DNA of 64,000 bases, from the NCBI GenBank assembly GCA_005772895.1, contig SXIH01000067.1, forward strand, positions 13,163 through 77,162. The letters are read 5' to 3'. The notes beneath the pieces were generated by a model, which was not told the DNA's origin, did not search any database, and saw only the letters and a program-made list of their open reading frames with translations. Positions 39,817 to 49,329 of this stretch are shown one piece after another; within the stretch, counting starts at the first letter, position 1; each line of letters opens with the position of its first letter. The translations under genes were made by a program, and so were the position numbers. Source of the DNA: Bacteroidota bacterium (GTDB taxonomy: Bacteria; Bacteroidota; Bacteroidia; 2-12-FULL-35-15).

Positions 39817-41127
39817 CTAACACTTTCCTTTAGTAGAACAAGCTTTATTTTTAAACCGCCCATTGCATTGTATGCATTTTGCACATTTATTATTTTTTAC
39901 TCTGTCTTTCACTGCTTTTTTTCTTCTGTTATTTTCATTAAAACCAAGTTTTAAATTAAAATAAACTTCTCTTGGTGTTTTTGGCGCATGTTTGTAATGT
40001 GGTCGTATGTCATTGTAATCGCTCACTGCCCACTCTAAATATTTTATTAGCTCAGGAATAGAATCAAATATTTTTTTTCTCAGATAACGGCCTTTCATAG
40101 TTCTATGAATAGCTTCAACCGGGGAATTAGAAAATGTAATGTCTCTTAATGCCCTTATCTTAGTTACTTTGTGTTTTGTTAATCTAGAAATAAAATTTTC
40201 AATCTCTTTGTTGTGGTTCTCTTTTCCACCATCAGTAACTAAATAGCTATGGTTGTGGTTTGGATGAGTAATTATAATATCAATGGCTTTTTTTAATGCC
40301 ACTTTTACTACTTCAAAAGTTTTGTTTTCCATTACATGCCAACCTAAAATCATTCTCGAAAAATTATCCATCACAAATGCTATGTAAACTTTTTTACCTG
40401 CCACATGAAATTCTGTTAAGTCAACATGTAAATATTCATTTGGAGCATTAGCAACCAAACCTATTCTTTTTCTGTCTTTTTGAAAGGGTTTTTTAGTTAT
40501 GCCAAAAATTCTGGCATATTTATACCAACTGAATAAGCTGGCAATTATTTTTTTCTTTCGTAATGCCAAAGAAGCAATGGAAACAATTGGCCAATGGTCA
40601 AATCCGGGGTCGCTAAGCATCTTTTTTATTTTACCAATTTCTTTTGTTTCCAATTGGTTAGGGTGTCGTTTTACACACAATGCGGTATAGGAATCAAAGC
40701 AACTATAACGGTCTTCAATTATCCATTGTTGAAATTGCGTTTGCGAAATGCCAAGCATTTTCAATGTTTTTTCTCTACCCAAATACTTTTCCATATAGCC
40801 AACAGCATTCAATACTTTTCGTTGAAGCACTTTGTTGTTTTTAGTTTTGCTTAGCACAGGTTTTATCACATTTGATAAAATCACCCAGGCTTTGGCAAAG
40901 CTCAGCATAGTTCTTTTCAGCTGTCGGTATTTGAATTTCACATCAGCCGCTTCAAAAGCTTCATCAAAAAAATAGCGAAATTCATTTCCTAAATAGGAGC
41001 TGTAGTCTGTTTTTCGCCAGGTAGAAATAGTGGTGTAAGGGATTTGTTGCCGGAATTCTCTTGGAAGAAGACCTTCGTTTCCTGTGGCATAAAGGAATAC
41101 CACAGAGCTGTCGTACTTTTGTTTCAT
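39817..41127 (-). mobile_element. DDE transposase with integrase-core (rve) catalytic domain (IS481/IS3-superfamily-like) and C-terminal Cys-rich zinc-ribbon tail
   Basis: 436 aa. Block HVDLTEFHVAGKKVYIAFVMDNFSRMILGWHV...ITDGGKENHN...SPVEAIHRTMK shows the D, D, E arrangement of retroviral-integrase-type transposases. C-terminal CAKCIQCNGRFKNKAC. Confidence 0.75.
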
Positions 41128-41242
41128 GGTTTTTAGGGTTTTGGTTTTTAACCTAAATGACTATAAAAGATGGTTCAGATCTACATAAAATAAATTTTAT
41201 TATAAACATAATTATGTAAACAAAATTGTTTATATTTGTAAT

Positions 41243-41701
41243 ATGAAATCACTAGAAATGATAAAAGGAGTTCACCCTGGCTTTGTGCTGGAGCGCGAAT
41301 TAAAAAAACGAAACATTCGTAAAGGGCCGTTTGCATTATTGGTAAATGAGTTTCCCCAAACGGTAGTTTCTATTACTAAAGGCAAAAGAAAAATGAATAC
41401 TGTTTTGTCTTTAAAAATAGAAAAGGAGTTAGATATTGAGGAAGGTTATTTTATGATGCTTCAAGTATATTATGATATTGCAGAAGAGAAGAAGAAGTTG
41501 AATCAGAAAAAGCCGAACTTAAAAAAGTTACGTCCGGTTTTGTTTTGGGATACCCGAATGGAAAACATTGATTGGGAAAGACAAAAAATGGCTGTAATTA
41601 AGCGTGTTTATGAAAGAGGAAATGAAATTGAGAAGAATGAAATACTTCGTTTTTATGGAAAAGAGTCAATTAAAGAAGCTTTAAAATCAAATGGAAAATA
41701 A
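41243..41701 (+). CDS. HigA/VapI-like XRE-family HTH protein with C-terminal extension of unknown function (putative antitoxin partner of AbiEii)
   Basis: N-terminal ~95 aa (GVHPGFVLERELKK...TVVSITKGKRKMNTVLSLKIEKELD) resemble HigA antidote proteins. C-terminal ~55 aa are unassigned. The stop overlaps the downstream start by 11 nt. Confidence 0.5.
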   Translation: MKSLEMIKGVHPGFVLERELKKRNIRKGPFALLVNEFPQTVVSITKGKRKMNTVLSLKIEKELDIEEGYFMMLQVYYDIAEEKKKLNQKKPNLKKLRPVLFWDTRMENIDWERQKMAVIKRVYERGNEIEKNEILRFYGKESIKEALKSNGK

Positions 41702-42347
41702 ATTGCATTACAATACGGTTACGCCCTTACTGAAGAAAATTTTGCTAGAATTAATGACAGCAGAAATTTTTAACTCTTTTAGATTAGTGGGAGGCACTTC
41801 ACTCAGTTTACAACTAGGACATCGTTTTTCTGTGGATATAGATTTGTTTACAGATGCGGAATATGGCTCAATTGATTTTGATGAAATTGATAATTATTTG
41901 AGAAAAAAATATTTGTATGTAGACACGAATAACTATGATGTTGTAGGGTTTGGAAAATCATACTACGTTGGAAATGATTCAGTAGATTGTGTAAAGCTTG
42001 ATTTGTTTTATGTTGATTCATTTTCGCGTGATATATTATTGGTAGATGAAATAAGACTAGCAACAATTGAAGAAATTATTTCAATGAAAATGGATGTAAT
42101 TTCAAGAGGAGGAAGAAAAAAAGATTTTTGGGATATACACGCTTTGTTGGATACTTATTCTTTTAAACAAATGCTGAGTCTTCATCAAGAAAAACACGAA
42201 TACACACATAATAGGGCAGAGCTTATTGCCAAATTTACAGATTTCAGCGAGTGTGATAATGACTTTGACCCAGTTTGCTTGCTGGATAAAAAATGGGGGC
42301 TAATTAAACTTGATTTACTTGATTTTTCAGCTTCTGTGAAGCACTGA
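41691..42347 (+). CDS. Nucleotidyltransferase AbiEii/AbiGii toxin-family protein (DUF1814)
   Basis: Motif FRLVGGTSLSLQLGHRFSVDIDLF is typical of AbiEii-type nucleotidyltransferase toxins. 218 aa. Confidence 0.7.
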   Translation: MENKLHYNTVTPLLKKILLELMTAEIFNSFRLVGGTSLSLQLGHRFSVDIDLFTDAEYGSIDFDEIDNYLRKKYLYVDTNNYDVVGFGKSYYVGNDSVDCVKLDLFYVDSFSRDILLVDEIRLATIEEIISMKMDVISRGGRKKDFWDIHALLDTYSFKQMLSLHQEKHEYTHNRAELIAKFTDFSECDNDFDPVCLLDKKWGLIKLDLLDFSASVKH

Positions 42348-42399
42348 GATTGAGTTTTTTTCGTATATTTACCATGCAAAATTTTAATAAAATAACAGA

Positions 42400-43488
42400 A
42401 TGAGTATAACAGCGGGACAGGTTTTAGAAGCCTTAAAAAATGTAGAAGATCCGGATTTGAAGAAAGATTTGGTGACTTTGGGTATGATTAAAGATTTAGT
42501 GGTGGAGGGCAAAAATGTGAATTTCACAGTTGTACTTACTACTCCTGCATGTCCGATGAAAGAAATGATTCATAAGGCTTGCGTAAATGCAGTTTTACAC
42601 TTTGTAGATAAAGAAGCTGTTGTGAAAGTAAACATGACTTCCAATGTTACTTCCGGAAAAGTAAATACTGGCCCTTTATTACCTCAAGTAAAAAATATTA
42701 TTGCTGTAGCATCCGGAAAAGGCGGAGTAGGGAAATCTACTGTTGCTTCTAACTTGGCTGTAGCATTAGCAAAACAAGGAGCAAAGGTTGGATTAGTTGA
42801 TGCAGATATTTACGGACCGTCACAAACTATTATGTTTGATGTAGTTCACGAACGTCCTTTGATTAAATCGATTGACGGAAAAAATAAAATTATTCCCGTT
42901 GAAAGTTACGGAGTAAAATTATTGTCGATTGGATTTTTTGCTGATACATCTCAAGCAATTGTTTGGCGCGGACCAATGGCTGCAAAAGCACTAACACAAA
43001 TGTTTGCAGATGCAGAGTGGGGCGAGTTGGATTATATGATTATTGATTTACCTCCTGGAACGGGTGACATTCATCTATCATTGGTAGGAGCAATTCCATT
43101 GAATGGAGTAGTGATTGTAAGTACGCCACAAAATGTTGCTTTGGCAGATGCACAAAAAGGTGTAGGTATGTTCCAAATGGCTTCTATCAATGTGCCTGTA
43201 TTGGGCATTGTAGAAAATATGGCCTATTTCACTCCAGCTGAACTTCCGAACAATAAATATTATATCTTTGGTAAAGACGGAGCAAAAACACTTGCTGATA
43301 AGTTGGGAGTGCCTTTGTTAGGAGAAATTCCACTGGTGCAGAGTATTTGTGAAGCGGGCGATGCTGGTCGTCCGGCAGTATTACAAGAGAGTACACCACA
43401 AGCATTGGCATTTATGGAAATGGCAAGCAATGTGGCACAGCAAGTCTCGATTGTGAATAGTCAGAGAGAGTTGGTAACGAGTAACTAG
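42400..43488 (+). CDS. apbC: Fe-S cluster carrier ATPase Mrp/ApbC/NBP35 family with N-terminal DUF59 (MIP18-like) domain
   Basis: Walker A ASGKGGVGKST, CxxC (FTPA... region). N-terminus ALKNVEDPDLKKDLVTLGMIKDL matches DUF59. Confidence 0.85.
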   Translation: MSITAGQVLEALKNVEDPDLKKDLVTLGMIKDLVVEGKNVNFTVVLTTPACPMKEMIHKACVNAVLHFVDKEAVVKVNMTSNVTSGKVNTGPLLPQVKNIIAVASGKGGVGKSTVASNLAVALAKQGAKVGLVDADIYGPSQTIMFDVVHERPLIKSIDGKNKIIPVESYGVKLLSIGFFADTSQAIVWRGPMAAKALTQMFADAEWGELDYMIIDLPPGTGDIHLSLVGAIPLNGVVIVSTPQNVALADAQKGVGMFQMASINVPVLGIVENMAYFTPAELPNNKYYIFGKDGAKTLADKLGVPLLGEIPLVQSICEAGDAGRPAVLQESTPQALAFMEMASNVAQQVSIVNSQRELVTSN

Positions 43489-43498
43489 GTGGTGATAA

Positions 43499-43529
43499 TG
43501 TGATAAAGTGATAGAGTGATGGGGGAAAA
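43499..43529. repeat. Array of 4 GTGATA/GTGATG hexamers at 8-9-bp spacing
   Basis: gtgataatgtgataaagtgatagagtgatgg. An inverted counterpart (TATCAC x5) lies at 43954-43995. Confidence 0.6.
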
Positions 43530-43616
43530 GTTATCTGAAGGAAAATTGTTAATAGAGAAATAGTGTTTTTATAAACGTCACCCTGAGCGTAGTCGAAGGG
43601 CATAATTCGTTGGAGT

Positions 43617-43865
43617 ATGTCAGATTTATCAAAAAAAGTAGAAGATGCATTAGATCAGATTCGTCCGTATTTACAGGCGGATGGTGGTAATGTGTCATTG
43701 GTGGAAATTACAGATGATTTTGTTGTGAAAGTAGAATTACAAGGTGCTTGTAAATCTTGTTCTATGAGCATGATGACCATGAAAGCCGGAATTGAAGAAT
43801 CCATCAAAAGAGCTGTACCTGAAATTAAAAGTGTGGAAGCCGTTAATTTGTCGTTGGCTATATAG
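43617..43865 (+). CDS. NifU-like C-terminal-domain Fe-S cluster assembly protein
   Basis: 82 aa. ...LQGACKSCSMSMMTMKAGIE... is the CxxC motif of the NifU C-terminal domain. Confidence 0.75.
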   Translation: MSDLSKKVEDALDQIRPYLQADGGNVSLVEITDDFVVKVELQGACKSCSMSMMTMKAGIEESIKRAVPEIKSVEAVNLSLAI

Positions 43866-43875
43866 GTTGCTCGCA

Positions 43876-43898
43876 GACCTGCCTGCGGTAGGCAGGTT
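43876..43898 (+). repeat. GC-rich hairpin gacctgcctgcggtaggcaggtt, identical to 5263-5285, downstream of the nifU-like gene (possible terminator)
   Basis: Exact 23-nt match to the copy at 5263-5285. Confidence 0.5.
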
Positions 43899-43934
43899 TC
43901 GCAGATTTTCGCAGAAAAAATATTATTAAAAAGA

Positions 43935-45305
43935 ATGAAACATATTACTACTATATCACCTTATCACTTTATCACCCTATCACTTGCCTTATCACTTTTA
44001 GGATGTACTCCAGAATTGGAAATGCCTGAGCCAAGTGCTGGCGATGCTGATTTTTCAAAGATGATTGCTGTTGGTGGGAATTATTTAGCCGGATATCAGG
44101 ATGGAGCTTTGTATGAAAAAGGTCAACGCTTATCTATTCCCGCTTTATTAGCAGAACAATTTAAATTGGTGGGCGGACCAATGTTTGGGCAAGCGTTAAT
44201 GCCTGATAATAATGGTTTAGGAGTAAATAGTAAAATTTGGGAAAGCTGGTTTGTTACTCCAAGTCATTTAGGAAATAAAACAAACTGTCAGGGAATTACT
44301 TCTTTATCTCCAATAAAAAATACAATTGCTGTTTCATCTGCTACTCCTTATTTAACGGATATGGCAGGAAACAGTGTTCAGAATTTAGCTGTTCCATTTG
44401 CAAATCTTTCTGATTATATGAATCCCTCTTTTGGATACAGTTCTAATCCGGGAAATTTAAACCCTTATTATGCACGTATTGCAAGCAACCCCGGAACATC
44501 CACTTTATATGAAGATGCCCGTCAGCAAAATGCAAGTTTTATTACTGCTTGGCTTGGAATGGAAGACATTTACAATTTTGCGAGCAGAGGTGGAACCGGA
44601 GCGGGAATTCCATCAGCAACAAGTTTTGCAAATTCTTTAGATACCATTCTGGGTGGATTAACGGCTAACGGGGCAAAAGGTGTTATTGCAAATATTCCTG
44701 ATTTTAGAAATTATCCTTATTATACTTTAGTAGCTTGGGACAACGCAGTATTGGTGCGTCAAACACAAGTTGATTCGCTGATGGATATTTATACTACATC
44801 AGGATTGCCGCATTTAATTTTTGCTTTAGGACGAAATGGATTTGTGATAAACGATTCAACTTCAGTTGGTGGTGTTCGTCAGATACATGCAGGTGAATAC
44901 ATCACGCTTTCTGTTCCAATCGATTCGATGAAATGTTATAAATATGGTTTGTTTTTCGAAACCTTGAACGATCGTTATGTATTGGATAGTTCTGAAGTTT
45001 ACGAAATAGATCAGGCAATAAGTTCATACAATGCAGTGATAGCACAAAAAGCAAATCAATATAATTTAGCATTGGTTGATATGCATTCGTATATGAGCAG
45101 TGTGTATTCAGGAATAAAATGGAACGGTGTTGATATGAATATGACTTTTGTAAGTGGGGGATTTTTGAGTTTGGATGGCTATCATCCCAATCAAAAAGGT
45201 TATGCGTTGATTGCAAATGAATTTATTAAGGCAATCAATACAAAATACAATGCTACCATTCCGGAAGTATATTGTACAGAGTGTGATGGGGTGAAGTTTC
45301 CGTAA
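43935..45305 (+). CDS. SGNH/GDSL-hydrolase-family lipoprotein
   Basis: Lipobox LSLLGC. C-terminal block V DGYHPNQKGYALIANEF. N-terminal GGNYLAGYQDG is like block I. Confidence 0.55.
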   Translation: MKHITTISPYHFITLSLALSLLGCTPELEMPEPSAGDADFSKMIAVGGNYLAGYQDGALYEKGQRLSIPALLAEQFKLVGGPMFGQALMPDNNGLGVNSKIWESWFVTPSHLGNKTNCQGITSLSPIKNTIAVSSATPYLTDMAGNSVQNLAVPFANLSDYMNPSFGYSSNPGNLNPYYARIASNPGTSTLYEDARQQNASFITAWLGMEDIYNFASRGGTGAGIPSATSFANSLDTILGGLTANGAKGVIANIPDFRNYPYYTLVAWDNAVLVRQTQVDSLMDIYTTSGLPHLIFALGRNGFVINDSTSVGGVRQIHAGEYITLSVPIDSMKCYKYGLFFETLNDRYVLDSSEVYEIDQAISSYNAVIAQKANQYNLALVDMHSYMSSVYSGIKWNGVDMNMTFVSGGFLSLDGYHPNQKGYALIANEFIKAINTKYNATIPEVYCTECDGVKFP

Positions 45306-45353
45306 GAGGCTTTATCAGGATCTTTCAATGACGCTATAAACAAGCACCAAATA

Positions 45354-46025
45354 ATGAAAAAAATATTTCTCAATCTTTTCTTCATTCCAACACTTGCATT
45401 CTCTCAAGGAACATTTGATGTTGTTTATACTACCACCGATAGTATGGTTTACGATACTCCCGGTGCTTTTATGTCGATTCACACTACAATACATAATTTA
45501 TCCTCTACAGATAGTGTCGAATTAAATATTTCGAAGCAATTTGTAGATATCCCCGCAAGTTGGGAAACTGCTATTTGTACAGATATTTGTTATCCTTCCT
45601 CTGTAAGTTCTGTTAATTTATCTTTAGCTCCATCCGATAGTCAGGAATTTGTTTTTTATTTTTATACTGATTTGGTTGCTGATAGTGGTTATGCAAAAGT
45701 GCTTTATACAAATTTGAATGTTCCAAGTAATACTGTTTTGCATGGTTATCATGGAATTACTCAGACTCCTGCAGGTATTTTTGAGGAGAATAAAGCAGTG
45801 TTTTCTGTCTACCCGAATCCAAGTAAGGATATGATAAATTTGAAAAGCAATATTCAGCTCAAAGAAGAAATTTATTTTATAACTGATGAGTTAGGAAGAA
45901 CTATTCTTTCCGGAAAATTATCAGAAAACCAATCATCAATTTCCATTGAGCAATTACCTCAAGGATTTTATTTTTTAAGTTTTGGAAATGCAAATACAGG
46001 AACTGTTAAAATCATAAAACAATAA
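45354..46025 (+). CDS. T9SS type A sorting-domain (Por_Secre_tail) secreted protein
   Basis: Signal peptide. C-terminus FSVYPNPSKDMINLKSN...LPQGFYFLSFGNANTGTVKIIKQ matches the type-A CTD. Confidence 0.6.
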   Translation: MKKIFLNLFFIPTLAFSQGTFDVVYTTTDSMVYDTPGAFMSIHTTIHNLSSTDSVELNISKQFVDIPASWETAICTDICYPSSVSSVNLSLAPSDSQEFVFYFYTDLVADSGYAKVLYTNLNVPSNTVLHGYHGITQTPAGIFEENKAVFSVYPNPSKDMINLKSNIQLKEEIYFITDELGRTILSGKLSENQSSISIEQLPQGFYFLSFGNANTGTVKIIKQ

Positions 46026-46040
46026 ACCCTCATTGCTAAA

Positions 46041-46616
46041 ATGAAAGCAAAATCATTTTTCCTATACGTCTCACTTTTTCTGCTGTTATGCTCTTTTCAA
46101 ACCACAGAAAATAAAATTCTGGTTTATATCGACAATTATAAAACTGAAGTCACCGATGGAATGTTTGTGAATTGCAGAAAAATAAGTGATATGAGTGTGA
46201 TAATGCCAATTACGGAGCAAATGAAAGGTTACGATATGATTAAGTTGGAATTTCATCGCTTTGGAGATACAACAGATATTATTGCTGCCGATAGAATATT
46301 TGAACCAAAGAGTAAAAGTTTTCTGAAAAAAGAAGGAACAAAAACTTCTATTAAGTTAATGGTATTGGAAAAAGAAGGTCAGTTCACCGGAAGTGATTTA
46401 GAAGCGAACACAAAATATTTCCCGGCAAGTTCTACCACCAACTCTATCTTTTGCAGTAGCCACGATTTAAAACAATGCAGTTTTTATTTAATTGTGAAAG
46501 GCTATAATAAAACAGGAGAAAAAACACAATTCAACGAAGATGTATTCGATAAAGGAGCAGCACTAACCCCTAAAAGTGTTGTTATCAAAAGTTGGATTGA
46601 TAGGACGGTGAAGTAG
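46041..46616 (+). CDS. Hypothetical secreted protein
   Basis: Signal peptide. No domain assigned. Confidence 0.4.
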   Translation: MKAKSFFLYVSLFLLLCSFQTTENKILVYIDNYKTEVTDGMFVNCRKISDMSVIMPITEQMKGYDMIKLEFHRFGDTTDIIAADRIFEPKSKSFLKKEGTKTSIKLMVLEKEGQFTGSDLEANTKYFPASSTTNSIFCSSHDLKQCSFYLIVKGYNKTGEKTQFNEDVFDKGAALTPKSVVIKSWIDRTVK

Positions 46617-47264
46617 TTACTCCAACACAATCTTCTTAGTCAAAACTCTATCTCCAAACATTACTTGAACGAAATAAATCCCGCTCCGTAAGTTACCTCT
46701 GTCTATTGATAAAGTTTGTTCAGTCGTTGAAATTGTTTTTACAATTTTTCCTGTAACATCATACAACTTAATAATAGTTCCAGTATTATTTAATTCTCTT
46801 AAATCCAAATTAATTGTTGTGCTTGCAGGGTTTGGATAAATGTTGAATGAAACGTTTGAAGCAATTTCATTTATTCCAACTGTGCAAGTCATAGGATAGC
46901 TGTAAACACAAGGAGCAATAGAATCCATAGGGTCGTCATAATAAACGGTTCCTGTAAATCCTGTTGGAATACTGTCAGCAGTTGTTGGAATGGTGTGAAC
47001 TAAAGTATCACCGGCTAAATGACCGAAAAAATAAAACAGACTATTAATATTTGCAATGGTATCGCCAGCTGCATCTGTTACAACAACAATTGGGTAGTTT
47101 ACAAAAACACTGTCACCATTGTAGATTGTAACATCTAAAGTGTTATTAATCGTGTCAACGTTGTTGATGTTTAGCACACAAAAATCAGAACAAGTCATTA
47201 ATTGTGCTTTACTATTAACAGTAAATGAAAGAATGGCGATAGAAAGGAGTAATATTTTTTTCAT
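46617..47264 (-). CDS. T9SS type A sorting-domain secreted protein
   Basis: From the internal ATG: signal peptide MKKILLLSIAILSFTVNSKAQ. C-terminus VSFNIYPNPASTTINLDL...GIYFVQVMFGDRVLTKKIVLE. The track ORF N-terminal extension (47265-47330) is translation of a REP-like element. Confidence 0.6.
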   Translation of the reverse strand: MKKILLLSIAILSFTVNSKAQLMTCSDFCVLNINNVDTINNTLDVTIYNGDSVFVNYPIVVVTDAAGDTIANINSLFYFFGHLAGDTLVHTIPTTADSIPTGFTGTVYYDDPMDSIAPCVYSYPMTCTVGINEIASNVSFNIYPNPASTTINLDLRELNNTGTIIKLYDVTGKIVKTISTTEQTLSIDRGNLRSGIYFVQVMFGDRVLTKKIVLE

Positions 47265-47293
47265 GATTAATGATTTCAATTCTGTTGGTAAAT

Positions 47294-47338
47294 GAGATTG
47301 CCACATCACGCTAAAAAGCGTGACTCGCAATGACGTCC
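47294..47338. repeat. REP-like palindromic element, copy 1 (gagattgccacat-[cacgc taaaaa gcgtg]-actcgcaatgacgtcc)
   Basis: Conserved arms shared with 49104-49155 (inverted) and 49188-49230. Central hairpin. Confidence 0.75.
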
Positions 47339-47341
47339 TCT

Positions 47342-48964
<1,623 letters not shown>

Positions 48965-49103
48965 CTAAATCGGTTTCAGGTAATCCCTGACCAGAGGAAA
49001 TTTGTAGGTCATACAAAAGTACGAAAAAAAACTGCTGGATGGAGGGTGTATTGATAATTTGTTGAAAAAAGTCTTTACTAAATCGAAGAGATAGCAATTA
49101 TTA

Positions 49104-49155
49104 GGACGTCATTGCGAGTCACGACCCGAGCATCGGGACGGGATGTGGCAATCTC
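49104..49155. repeat. REP-like element, copy 2, inverted orientation (ggacgtcattgcgagtc-[cccgagcatcggg]-...atgtggcaatctc)
   Basis: Arms are the reverse complement of copy 1. The internal hairpin differs. Confidence 0.75.
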
Positions 49156-49187
49156 TCATGAAGGAAAGATTAGCCATCATTGACGAA

Positions 49188-49230
49188 GAGATTGCCACAT
49201 TCCGCAAAAAAGCGGGACTCGCAATGACGC
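49188..49230. repeat. REP-like element, copy 3 (gagattgccacat-[ccgc aaaaaa gcgg]-gactcgcaatgacgc)
   Basis: Same arms as copy 1 and same orientation. Confidence 0.75.
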
Positions 49231-49329
49231 TTTGCAATTATGATTTCGATATGAAGAAAGGTTATATGCAAACAAAAAAGCTCCTTAGAGTTAAGTACTA
49301 AGGAGCTTTTTCGTAAAATAAGGGCTCGA

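Noticed and set aside
43412-43603. ORF encoding MPFDYAQGD... (63 aa, minus strand)
   Set aside because: It spans the GTGATA hexamer array and a GC-rich repeat. It looks like a translation artefact of repetitive intergenic DNA, with no signal or domain support.
47265-47330. N-terminal 22-aa extension of the T9SS-CTD protein ORF (MRVTLFSVMWQSHLPTELKSLI)
   Set aside because: It is a translation of the REP-like element. The proper signal peptide begins at the internal Met (47264).
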